The notes beneath the pieces are model-generated. The model was not told the origin of the DNA. It saw only the letters and a list, made by a program, of their open reading frames with translations, and searched no databases. Shown here piece by piece: positions 50,128-62,162 of a DNA stretch of 64,000 nt. The position numbers and the translations under genes are program-made. Numbering within the stretch: the stretch's first letter is position 1; the number at the start of each line of letters is the position of its first letter. Source of the stretch: Trichosphaerium sp. ATCC 40318 (taxonomy: Eukaryota > Protista > Tubulinea); assembly GCA_038496445.1 (NCBI GenBank), contig JALMLS010000257.1, positions 49,069 through 113,068 on the forward strand, given 5' to 3'.

Positions 50128-52146
50128 ATGCAGCGTTTCGCTCGCTTTAAAGGGTCTTTAGATACTGAGAGTGCCGCTGTTGCCATTGATCAATTCCAGT
50201 GCGTGATCTCGCCCAACACTCTCTAAACGGCCTATAGTAGCGCTGATGGTTCTTTGACATATGACCAGGATGGTACAATGGTGTCCATTGGTAAAACAGG
50301 GCTCCGCGTGAACGGTAAACAAGCGTCGTTTGTGGAATCACTCGAAGACCTAGAAGATATGCATAAAGATCTTGGAGAAGGTACCTTTGCGGTCGTTAAA
50401 AAATACAGGCATACGAAAACGAAAAAAGTCATTGCTGTAAAGGCAAGAACATCCGAAACATAACCAAGTAGCTAATGTGATCTTAATAGATTATGACAAT
50501 AGATCCTATGCTAGAACAAACGCTTGGGAAAAAACTTGTCGAACTTCGTGTACGGTTTATCACGCCTGAAAAAAACCCTACTCACATACTCATAGACGCT
50601 TCACGCTTCAAAACACAAGTATATTGTAAAGTTTTATGGTGCTTTCTACTATGATGCCAAACTGTTATTTCTTCTTGAATATATGGACTGTGGTACCTTG
50701 GGGGACGTGGTAAAACGCAATGGGCCCATTCCAGAAAATGTATTGTCAAAAATCACGTCGCAGGTAAAATACAGATATTTCGAGGGAAAACCAGCTACGA
50801 TGGCACAGCCGATCGTAGAAAATTAGAAAAAAAACAACGGACAGCAGTTTTGTCAAAAACCCCGCCTTGGACTTGATTTAATGTCTATTAGCTTCTACAA
50901 GGGTTACATTATCTTCACACACAGCTGCATATCATTCACAGGGATATTAAACCGAGCAGTATCCTTTTTTTTTGTGCAAAATTGTTTCTTCTCTTTTCTT
51001 TTTTTTTGTGGCCTTGAGCTACTTTTAATGGATCCTTAACATATCGAGATATATTAGTAAACACTAAGGGAATTTTGAAGATTACTGATTTCGGTGTTAG
51101 TGGCGAACTAGCGCATACTCACGTACGCACTTTTTTTTTTTGAGAACTGAAACTGTTTTATTTCATTGAACAATTTTGGCGGCATCGCTACTCTGAAATA
51201 TGCTCTAAGTGTCTCATATAATTTAGGAGGTGGCTAGAACATTTGTGGGCACAATACGATACATGTCGGTGCGTGATTAGTAGACTTAGGTTATGATCAT
51301 TTGGGTTTTTCTACTATCGACAACCAAACCTTTGTGATGTTGGTTTCTTACTTTGCATAGCCTAGCAGAATCCAAGGCAAAGAACACAGTTCAAAAACTG
51401 ACATATGGAGTCTCGGACTTACAATTGGAGAGGCAGCGCTTGGATATTTCCCATACAGGAATTCTGAGGTGTGTTTCTCACTTATTGCAAAAGTTTCGAT
51501 CTTTTTTTTGAAAAGAGCAATCACGTGTTTAAATGAACTTTACAGATTTAATTCTGATTTTATATTAAAGGGTGACGAGAAGGATAATGAACCAACGTTA
51601 TGGGATACAATGCAAACAGTACGGCGGAAATTTTTTTTTGTGCAGTTCATTTTTTTCTAACTTTTTGTTATCAACAGATTGTACACAAACCACCACCAAC
51701 TTTACCGGCGGATAAATTTTCCGAGGAATTTTGTGCATTCTTTGTTGAGTGGTACGTTATCAATCACTAAATACTGAACCTTTGACGGAGATGCTTTGAT
51801 TATTTTATTGTAATTTTATTTTATTTTATTTTATTCTATTGTACAATATGTTTAACTAATACCTTAGCTTAAACGCTGAGGATGAGAAGCGACCTGATTG
51901 TGCGACGTTGTTGGTACGTTAGTATATTAGTTAAAACAAACATTACTACAAGAGTTTTGATAATCTTGTACTTGTTTTTCTCCTTTTTCTTTAAGGAATC
52001 TATCTTCGGCTTAATGCCTTTTGTAGGAGAGTAGCTTTATAAAAAAATATGAAACCGAGGATCTGGATGTTGCTAGATGGATGCGTCATCTCTTAAAAAA
52101 GTTAGGGGCCAAGAAACGGTCTAAAAAGAGTGAATCTAAAAAATAG
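50128..52146 (+). CDS. MAP kinase kinase (STE7/MEK family) (multi-exon)
   Basis: LGEGTFAVV...IAVK; IVKFYGAF; LEYMDCG; IHRDIKPS; [10 protein letters not shown]; [10 protein letters not shown]; DIWSLG. Confidence 0.92.
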
Positions 52147-52713
52147 AAAAAAAAATGACAGAAAAAAAAAAAAGAAAAAAGGTTAAAGAAAAAGCATCGG
52201 TATGACCGTCAACATACTATAAAAATGTAGTTTTTATGGTTGGTAGCGTCAAAAAAGAAACTAGAAAGGAAAACAAAAAAAAAAAGGAAAAAAACTTGTA
52301 AATAATTAGCCTGTACATTAATAACAGTAAAAAACACTACGTTTTTTGTGCGGATTTGGCCGAAATAATGGAGAAATGGATTTTTGACATTAAAAGTCAC
52401 ATGAATGTTACAAATGCAGTTTTTTTTTCTATATTTAGACGAAGTCTTCTTCGTTCTTGTTTTGATGACGACATCCTCACATCATAAAATTGGTATATAT
52501 TCTGATATCTACACTATTAATCACGATAGTTGAATGCGTGTATAGCATTAGTATTAGCCTGTCAATAGCTGAAAATTGTTTTTTCAGAAAATAGCACATG
52601 GTTTTTTTTTTTTGCAACTATAACTCGATACTGTTTATGAACGTGTTATACATTTATTATTTATCATACTAACTCTTATTTTACATTTTATTGTACTACT
52701 AAAATACACACTA

Positions 52714-53106
52714 CTACTCAAAGTGTCTTTCCATGCTTAGCTGTCGTTCCAAGCGCTTACCAACAACAATTGTACCTTTCAATTTCGTTGTTTGATTTTC
52801 TGTTGATTCTTTTTTTACACCAAGCCAACGTTCATCGGCGTATTTTCGTACATGTGTTTGTGTTAATAATCTTTCTTTTGGGACCATAGCATTTCTCTTC
52901 CTTACGTCGTAGTTATGTCTACATTTAAAGGAACAGAAAAAAAAAGTGTTTCTGTAATCATTGCACTCTCTACAATGCTTTCGGAGGTTCTCCAAGTCAA
53001 TAGAAGGTACTATGGTAGTTTGTAGCCTTGTTTTAGTTGCTGATAGAGGGAGACTGTTGCTGCGGACTTGTCGTGGTAGCATTGATTTTCGATTATACTG
53101 CATCAT
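52714..53106 (-). CDS. Small hypothetical protein with FCS-type zinc-finger-like motif
   Basis: Intronless ORF containing CxxC...FCSxxC (HCRECNDYRNTFFFCSFKC). Confidence 0.45.
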   Translation of the reverse strand: MMQYNRKSMLPRQVRSNSLPLSATKTRLQTTIVPSIDLENLRKHCRECNDYRNTFFFCSFKCRHNYDVRKRNAMVPKERLLTQTHVRKYADERWLGVKKESTENQTTKLKGTIVVGKRLERQLSMERHFE

Positions 53107-53958
53107 GTGAGAGTATAGTACAACGATCGTTTTGTAGCTTGATGAGGTATTGCCGTAATTGAGACGGAACAGTTAAAATAGGAGTATCAACGGAATGAGA
53201 TTTGACTCAAAATTTTGATCGCGTGATCAGAGTTTGACAGGTAAAAAAAAAATCGTAACGGAAATACTTGATAAAGTTATTACGAACAACGTGTCTAGAG
53301 TTGATAGCAATCCTGTGAATGAATGAGACGTTTACTCATTGCAATATTGTAGTTGATGTTCTTGCCATTAATAACGTAATTACGCCAGAGTTGTTTATTC
53401 CCTTTTTGAATAGGTGAACGAAAAACTCTGTAGATTCTAGTACTCTTCACGCAAATACTCAAATCCTCACGGTTTACGTTTTTTTTGTACTTGCAATGCT
53501 TGTACAAGCGGTTTGCTTCCATGCGTTTTTTTTTTTGGTATGAGGGAGAGTTCGTTGTCATAAAGAACACCACATAGTCTACTTGTACGTTCTAGGAAGT
53601 GTAAAGCATCAGGGAGGGTATTGGATGCCGCCCAGAAACACTTTTCGAAAAAAAAAAATGTACTGTAACAAGACAACGCTGTTTTTTGTATTAAATATGC
53701 AGTCCTTTATGCTACGTGCTAATTGAATGCTTGTAAGATCGCGACATAACAAAGTCAACATTTGTTCAATCTTAACCTTGCCAAACAGTCAATAGGTTGA
53801 TACACGCAACTAATCGAAGTGTTTGTCTTACACGTACGTCCCGCGGTTTTCCTTTTTAGTGAAAAGCACAATATTGTTGGCTATACGTTTTATTGACCTT
53901 CCGACAGCGTTTTAACGAGTTACAACGTCATTCCATTACAAATACATAGCGCCAAACA

Positions 53959-55507
53959 ATGGTATGTAAAGGGTACTCTGTGGTAGTACTTACTACTCCC
54001 TAGTCTTCCAAAAAGGACTTCTCTTCAATTTTGAACAAGTTTAAAGAAATCGACAAAACTCAAAAAGAGCGTACGTGTTTTATCTTCCAAGATTTGTACT
54101 AAAACCGCATAGGTAGGCAATTAGGACCATCACCGCGTTCACAAGTAAGTTTTTTAAGCTTCTCGTGGTTTGACACAAACAAACCACTTCGCTCTTTATC
54201 ATTGACACGCTTTCTGTTGTTATGGCGTCACTGTATTCCAAGTTTGGCGTATACACGACGAAAAATACTCCAAAGCACATTATTGGTCTAAGCTTTGTTA
54301 ATAGGGCCCAAGCTCTTCGCGTTCTAGAACATCAGCAAGAGGACCAAACCCTGGAGTAAAAAAGGTAAAAACACTCTGACGCCTTTTAAATCAAAACGGC
54401 CGAAAAGTTTTTGTAGCAGCGAAAACAAATGCAGTGAACGTTTTAGTAGTACTTTCAACACGATAAAACAGTCGGAGTTTATTTCGTTTTTTCGCTAAAT
54501 CTTTCTTCAGGGTGGCGTTAATGGACCAAGACCAAAGCGAGCAGTACGCTTTAATACCTTTAAACTAACTAACGTGTTTATTTTAGCCACCAGCGCGAAA
54601 GGTTGATGAAGAGGAGCAAAATGAAGATAGTGCGCCTTCTACTGCACGTTCAGAGGATACTACTCCTTTGACATCTCCAAAGGCATCTTCAGAAGATAGT
54701 GAACCTGTTGAACCTATAGATACAACCCCACGTATTGTGGCACCGACAGAAAAGCCAAAACATAAAAAACATAAAAAACAAAAGAAAAAACCAGCTCCTT
54801 CACCTTCTCCATCACCTCGAGAGCAACCTAAGAGTTCAAGAGAACCGTCAACAAGTCCTAGACTTGTTAAAGAGAAGACACCAAGATCTAGTCCTTCTCC
54901 TAGCCCTCGTGCGCCTTCTAGTGCAAGAGAAGAAACAAAAAAAGCACCTAAAGGTGCTGGCAAGTCTAAAACAGAACAAAATGGTTCTTCAAAGACTGAG
55001 AAGCCAAAAGAAGAACCTGAACCTGAACCAACTGTTGAGGACAAAGTACGTCTCTGGTTTTGTTTACATTGTTGTACTGGCTGTCAAAATTTCTCAGAGA
55101 AAAAAAAATGAAGTTATTTTGTGCTCTTTCAGTCAAATTAAGCTTGGGCCCGTTTTCAGTCAAGCTGAGCGTTGAGTTTTAGCTCAAAACCTCGCATTTC
55201 TTGGTTACCTTCTTTGACGCTACCTGGCTTAATTTGAGTGAAACGCACTATCATGCTTTATTTGACATCAGAATTTTAATTTTGTGATCTTGTCATGTCA
55301 AAAAACCTTTGTAGTTTTCTATTGCTACTACTTAATTGTACTTTTTTAATTAACCGCAAGTCACCATATTTTGAGTTTATAACTGTGAACTATTGGTGAC
55401 ATGTTCTAACTTTTTGTTACTTTTAGGAAAAATTGAAAAATGTCATGTCGTCGTTTTACTGGAACTACGCCTCAGCTGTCCCTAATTCTCCTGGTCGACC
55501 TCTCTAA
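53959..55507 (+). CDS. Low-complexity Ser/Pro/Lys/Glu-rich hypothetical protein (multi-exon)
   Basis: Consistent splice model M|SSKKDFSSILNKFKEI...SPSPR repeats...|EKLKNVMSSFYWNYASAVPNSPGRPL*. Confidence 0.6.
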
Positions 55508-56030
55508 AGAGCATTGCTTTATACTTCTTCACATAATCAGAATTTTATTTCTTTTTTTTTGTTGTTTGGAGATGAGCCGTGAATAGAAAAAAACAGGTGA
55601 CAAGTTCATACTACTTGTGTCTTTCTTCTTTTTTGTAATTGTAAATAAATAAGCAAGTTTTTTGCTCATAACTGTCTTACTTATCTAAATCCGCTCAGGG
55701 CAGTACGCCCACTTATGCTAACACTAGCAGGCATGCAATAGCAACGAAGATAACATCATAAAAGCCACAGTGAACAAACAGAATTTTATGAGAATAGTCA
55801 ATTAGGTGCGTAGTTATTCCAAAGAAACACGCAATCTACAAGGCGACAGCTTAACGACAACTACTTCCTTTTGCCAAATCGACGTGATATGTTGAGCTGT
55901 TTTTACCTAAAGTTTGCTTAATTAAAACGGTACATACAGTCTCTTGGATGTATTGTTACATTGTTTCGATTGCGAGCATTACTGCGTTTAGTCATGTAAA
56001 GTCGTATTTAGTTTTTTTTTGATTGATGCT

Positions 56031-57509
56031 ACCGACGGTTCAGTAACATCTAAAGGTGCATATTTCTCAGTTGTACTTAACACGATGATGAAATTTAATC
56101 GTACAGTTTTATTTGAACAAACATCTACAAATGCAGAACTGGAAGCAATAGAACTTGCACTCAAATTAGCTCCCTTAGAAGTAGACATCATGATACTAGT
56201 AGACTCCACATCAGCAATTAATGGCATCGAAAACTGGAAAGACAAACCTATAAATATACAAAGGAAAGTTGATCATGCTCATACACTAAATCGTATTCAC
56301 CATCAGCTAAATATGAGAACTGGTTCAACCACATTTGAGTGGATCCCAAGCCATACAAAAACAGATAAACAAAAACGTAACAGACACAACATTGTGCAAA
56401 GAATAAAACAGATTGAAGAAAAGTACTCCAAAAAAACAGCATCACTTTTTATACATCTAAATGACATAGCGGATAGAATGGCAGGTATATCAAAAACTGC
56501 AGTAATTCCGTCGAAGAATATACCTATAGGAAGTGAAGATTGGGTTATAACAAAACCGACAAAGGCGATACAAGGAAATTTATTCAGAAAATTAAAATCC
56601 ATTCAACATGAAAAACACGTGTTAAGCTTACAAAACAATGCTAAAGACCACGGAAGGACCAGAAAAAACTTAATACTTTCATTATCATCCTACACACCTA
56701 TCACACACCTTTCAACCCCAATCAAGCTTTGGCTCCTAAAAGTAAGAACTAACACACTACCCCTTAATGAATTTCAACACAAACGCAGTAAGACCAAAGG
56801 TCACGTCCAAGCATATCAACTTTGCAATCAAATTAAATACCCCAATGATTATTGTACTCTATGTAAACAAAAAAACACTCAGTGTACAGAAAATTTTAAT
56901 CATTTTTGCACCTGCGAGAACATAAAGTCTAAGATAGATATCAAATACCACACAAACAGAATAATACAAGAATTTCTAGGTAAAAATAAAGATACAAAAG
57001 ATCCTATAACATTATACAACGAACATGCAGGTGGAAACAACTTATTTTGCAAATCTAAGTGGCCAACCAAGAATAAAACTAATCCAACATACGACCAAAT
57101 AGAACTTGCGAAACTCGGTAGCTCCATTACAATTAAAACAAAAGATTACAATATCAAACCTTGGTACTTAACCAAAAACAATTCCAACCCCACAAACTTC
57201 AGAGGCTCACAAGGATATGTCACAAAAGAATTCATAAGCGAACTTAAAGAGAAAACTGGTACAAACAAAACTAATTTAATCAACGCCCTAGCTAAACGAC
57301 TGAACCACATGTACATCACTTATCTATATAACAAATACCGTACTAGATGCCTAGAAACCCACACCTTAAAAAAATCAAAAGGTCAACATGTACCGATGCA
57401 CTATGTAAGATGGCAAGCCAAAGTCATACGCATGCGTCAATTCCTACCAATCACAAATGCAATACCTCTTTTTCCCAACACAACTAATACTAATACGGTA
57501 ATCACATAG
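56031..57509 (+). pseudogene. Retroelement ORF2 3' fragment: RNase H + zf-RVT-like domain
   Basis: TDGS, NAELEAI, VDSTSA, WIPSH, NDIADRMA (RNase H D-E-D-H-D intact); KVRTNTLP...CTLC...ENFNHFCTC; no RT domain because of the truncation. Confidence 0.85.
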
Positions 57510-57515
57510 CATTTG

Positions 57516-57582
57516 TTATAACAGCCAACCCAAACGCTTCGGCGTAGCCCTTTGGAGGCTAGAGGTGGGTTGGCTGTATAAA
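57516..57582 (+). other. Structured 3' UTR element of the retrotransposon (three-way junction)
   Basis: P1 ACAGCCAACCCA 57521-57532 / TGGGTTGGCTGT 57566-57577; P2 ACGC-TTCG-GCGT 57534-57545; P3 AGCC...GGCT 57546-57560. Confidence 0.8.
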
Positions 57583-57592
57583 GATCGTTATT

Positions 57593-57623
<31 letters not shown>

Positions 57624-57699
57624 GATTGATGCTCACAATCTGCTTCTTTCGCTCTTAGGCAAAACACGTGGCTTTTTTTATAATACACCTGGATAGAAT

Positions 57700-60457
57700 A
57701 TGGCTGCAGAAGGTACATAAAGACCTAGTATTATAAATAAAGCGACGCTAGTCAAAAAAAAACCCAACTGAAACATGATTTATTCTTTTTGGCTTTTTTT
57801 TAAATCTACACGTGATACCCCACGTTTTGAATAGAAAATTTACAATATAATTATCGTTTCATGTATTTTAATTCAATTTCACCCATTTTCACACTTTTAC
57901 TACCAAAATACAATACGTCATTAACCCTCGCTTTCACAAGTGTTGGCGTTTCTTTTTTTTTATTTTTTTCGTAAATCACGTTTTTTTTTCCCTTTTGGAG
58001 ATTGCCATTGCGGTTAGTACGCTATATACGTCAATAAACCTCGGTCCTTTATAAAAACTGAATTACGCTTTTACAAAAAGTTTGCTATCGACAATAAATT
58101 TCTGTTAACATTGGAATTTCTAGGCGAAAAAGAAATGTTGCCATTATGCCATTTCTGTTACAATCCTGGTGATTTACGTTGTGGAGCATGTAAAATGGCT
58201 TACTATTGTTCTGCTCAATGTCAATTATCTGATTGGAAGAGGCATCAGATGCATTGTATAGTGGATAATGCCGAACCAAAAGAAGTAAAAAAACCACTAT
58301 GTGTTGTAACATTTAGCGCAGCTGTTTGGCTTTTTTTTTGTTTTGTTTTCAAGTCACATGGTTTTTTTTATAGTGTCTTTTCGGATTACTGACTTGTTTG
58401 TAGGTTAATAGATTAGATCAAGTCAGAGCGGTTAGCTTTCATTTTCATCAGTCTCAGCAAGCTAGACAAGAGTGCTCTCGGTTTCTACAGAACGCAATAA
58501 ACGGGTACGAACGAATTTTGGTTTTTTGAAACGGAAGTATTTTTTTTGTTTACCTTTATTTTCAGTTATCTAGATATATATCATCACCTTTCCTACGAGC
58601 TTACGTCTAGAGATAAAATAATACTTGCATTACAAACAAACAAAGACACAAAGTGTATACACCTATTCGTACCACCTCAGAAGAACGATAAAGTTAAACA
58701 CAAAATTACTAATTCTCAAATGTCAGTTGAAGAATTTATTTTACTCTGGACTCCAACTAGCGGTATGTTATCACGTGTTTTTTAATAAAATTCACGTGAT
58801 AATACACAATAGTATTATAACTGATAATATTAGGCAAGTTTGTACGCCATTTAGTAATTACTGATTCAGAGACGTTCGAAACACGTGTTTTGGCTTTAAG
58901 TCATTCTGGTACAAAAACATTAATACCAACAACAAGAAATTTTTATAAAATCAACAAGTGGTACCAACGTCAAGGTGAAAGGTAAGAAACTTTATAGATT
59001 TAATAGATTTTGTAATTAAGTGTTTATACTGATGATAATGATTGTTATTTTATAAAGAGTTGTACAGCGTGTAAGAAAAACAAAGCCAATGAAAGGAGAT
59101 TCAAAAACACTAAAAATGTATGCCGTACATTATGTAAGCAAAGAATGGGCTCAAGGTACTCATCTCAACTTTCCTTTTTCCTTTTCTTTGTCAACACTTT
59201 ATCTCGAACCTAACATTGACATCACAACATGCAAAATATGGGCGCGTCTAAGACCGCAACTTCAATGTGAACGCCAAACGAATTTTTTTTTTGTAGAACT
59301 TTTTTGATGAAAGCGTGTCCTTGTCCATTTTCTCATCTTATTCTCATTACTAGAGCTGATAAAGAAGCGTAAGCTTCAGCTAAGAAATTTGTTATATAAG
59401 TACAGAGTACTAAAGAATACTATATGCGGTGTTGATAATATACATCATCATATCAAGGATGAAGCATATCAAGGTCATTACAAAGTAACGAAAATAATGT
59501 TCTCTCTGGAAATCCACAAACTTGATGTATCACGTGTAAAGCATATACATTTTCAAGCAAAACAAGAGTTTGTTACAGATATTGGGATATATAGAATGTC
59601 AGTCAAGGACGAGCCAGCACCTTTTGTGTTTTTTAGAGGCACGCAAAAACAAACCCAGAAAAAAAGCGCTTTGCTCATTTACCAAAATCTTTTCTTTCAA
59701 TGCTTTTTGTTCTTTGTCAAATACACTTGGCTTTGTTTTTTTTCGCTCTTTTCTTATTCTAATAATCTTTACTCTTAATTTATTGTATTACATAAACTAG
59801 CGAACTTTCTATTGAGTTTTAGCCGCCTGTCATTCTGATTTTTTTCCGAAAAAGACAATCTGGTTTTTTGTTTTATATTAATTCTCTTTTAGATGTTCGG
59901 CTTTTAGGTAAATTACACTGTTATCAACAAGTTCTAGCTGCTGGTGAAATCAAATGTGATTCTAATGGAACGACTTCAAATGATCTCGTTGCTCAAATAG
60001 CTAATTATTGCCTGGCACAATCATCAGGAACAAAAAAAAGTACGTTGATAAAAAAAACTTACAACACTCTTTTTCGCAAATTTGCCGTTGAACCTTTGTT
60101 TGATGAACGTTACTTCAACGTTGAGCATAATCAAACATCGTGACACTTTAAAAAAAGAAAATTCTCGCACGTGCGTGCTTGTAGTTGCCTAAAATTATGA
60201 CATATTTGTTTGAATTCAAAAATATTTACCAATACACAACTTTGTGCTTATCTTTCTGACCACTCCACTCACTATGTATTAATGTGTATTATTTAGAGAT
60301 TAGTGTTATCAATATTGAGATAAACCAATTCAAAAAGATAAAACATAACCTAGCAAAAGTGAATTGTCGTGTTGTTGATTTATTAAAAGAATATCACTCA
60401 GAATCAAATGGAAAGCATAAGAGTAGGCGAGAAGAAGATAAATCGACAGGTTCTTGA
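57700..60457 (+). CDS. MYND zinc-finger protein (multi-exon)
   Basis: MAAE|GEKEMLPLCHFC...RCGACKMAYYCSAQCQLSDWKRHQMHC canonical MYND; downstream exons approximate. Confidence 0.8.
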
Positions 60458-60869
60458 AACATACAAATTTAAAACCCGCTCATTGATTTAAATTAATAAA
60501 AAAAAGACACGTGTACACTAGGGAGATGCAAGAAGAAATAAGATTGATTTGTTTTGATAATAATAAACAAGTATTTAAGTCATCTGTAGTGCGTGATCAA
60601 GATAAGTCGTAATAGTGGTAATCATACTCAGTAATAAAGTAGTGTAACTTAGCTGGCTATAGGACAAGTTTTTACAGGTACTAGTCAAGGAGAATTCTGG
60701 ATATATTAATCTGAAAGAATGACGGATATGAACATTCACTACGCTAAATGATACTCTAAATACTCCTTACCACTTAAGTGCAATCTATCTTTTACTATGA
60801 GCAGCAACATTTGATACAGAGGGTGAGATGAGCGTTGAAATGCAGCTGAAAACACAAGACATCTCTATT

Positions 60870-61652
60870 TCATAAAGTTGTGATTATAACAACATCACTA
60901 TCCCATACAACGTTACATACACCAATCAATACCTTGACACCAACTTTACTTGCTTGTGTATTTGCTAAAGATATAGTATGAACACCAACTAACTCCTTCA
61001 AACCTTCATCTGTAATCAATGTACTTTCTAAGTCAATAGTATGTACACCAGCCAGATGCTTGACTCCATAATCTGTTATGTTATAGCAACACGACAAGTT
61101 GATTGTATGAACACCAGCCAAAGCCTTCATGCTTTCATCTGTTACTACAGTATTTGCTAAGTTAATTGTGTGTACACCTGCCAAAGCTTGGACGCCTTCA
61201 TCTGTTACCCTAGAGACCGATAAATCGATTGTGTGTACACCAGCCAATGCCTTGACACCTTCATCTGTTACATAGCTGCAACATGACAAATTTATTGTAT
61301 GTACTCCAGCCAACATCTTCAAGCCATTGTCTGTAATATCTGTTTCTTGTAAATCAATAGAACGTACACCCTCCAGTAAGTACAAATCACTATCACTGAT
61401 AAACGCTGATATCAAAGCAGTAGAAATAGAGGTACTTCGGAGTAAAGGGCTTCCAGAAAGAACGGATATTTCGTCACTGCTTTTAACCTTTATTACCCCG
61501 TATCCCACATTGTAGTGTACGATATCTCGTAATAAGCGGCAAGTTTGTGCTGAATGGAGTGTAAAAGAGCCTTGCTTGAGAATATGAGCTATTATTTCAA
61601 TTGGTAAGTCTGTAAGGTGCAGTACGCCATGAGCTGGGACGAAACGTTGCAT
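60870..61652 (-). CDS. F-box + leucine-rich repeat protein
   Basis: LTDLPIEIIAHIL F-box followed by ALAGVHTIxLS...TDEG repeats; intronless. Confidence 0.9.
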   Translation of the reverse strand: MQRFVPAHGVLHLTDLPIEIIAHILKQGSFTLHSAQTCRLLRDIVHYNVGYGVIKVKSSDEISVLSGSPLLRSTSISTALISAFISDSDLYLLEGVRSIDLQETDITDNGLKMLAGVHTINLSCCSYVTDEGVKALAGVHTIDLSVSRVTDEGVQALAGVHTINLANTVVTDESMKALAGVHTINLSCCYNITDYGVKHLAGVHTIDLESTLITDEGLKELVGVHTISLANTQASKVGVKVLIGVCNVVWDSDVVIITTL

Positions 61653-62162
61653 AGTGGTTAGTTACTAATTCTTTCATAGTGCTTTCACAGAATACTCGAT
61701 TGATCACGAAATAGATGATAATGGCAAAAGGGTAAAAAGCTGAACTTTTCACGTTGACAACTTTCTACAAACAAACGTAGAACTATCGTTACTGGTCATG
61801 AAGCCTGGTTTGATTGGATGTGATCGATCTAGTCCTTAATCAAGTTGGTACAGCCCTAGCACAACAAAGAACACTGTGAATGTAAACAGTGGTATAGTGT
61901 TAAGTAGCTGTATTGATGGTAATTTTGGTTTTCATTCATACGAGACTACTTTGGCCATGCTTTACTATGGAGAGTGCTACAAGTACCATAGCAGCAAGTT
62001 GATAAACAGCCAATGTCATTGCTACTATAAACCTGGCAACAAAGTTGGTGGCACTAAAGAAGTAATGAAGACAAATCGTTGTTAACCAAGTTGAATAGTT
62101 AACTTGCAGAACTCTGACACGATGACGTGCTTGAAGTATTTATTGTGCATTTCAAACAACAT

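Larger units (their letters stand above)
56031..57623 (+). mobile_element. 5'-truncated non-LTR retrotransposon (RNase H + C-terminal Cys/His zinc motif) with poly(T) tail
   Basis: Intronless A/C-rich ORF; TSD (T)nGATTGATGCT at 56012-56030 and ending 57633; T28 at 57596-57623. Confidence 0.88.

Noticed and set aside
57516-57582. Hammerhead ribozyme or bacterial intrinsic terminator
   Set aside because: No hammerhead core on either strand; the U-tract is 18 nt from the stem and the context is eukaryotic.
56012-57633. Poly(T) read as the poly(A) tail of a minus-strand element
   Set aside because: The ORF is on the plus strand and the tract directly follows its 3' UTR, so on the minus strand the A-run would be at the 5' end.
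103-61515. Many short antisense or alternate-frame ORFs in the track (e.g. 103-420, 5367-5684, 54583-55044, 61327-61515)
   Set aside because: Shadows of repetitive or low-complexity exons on the other strand or frame.
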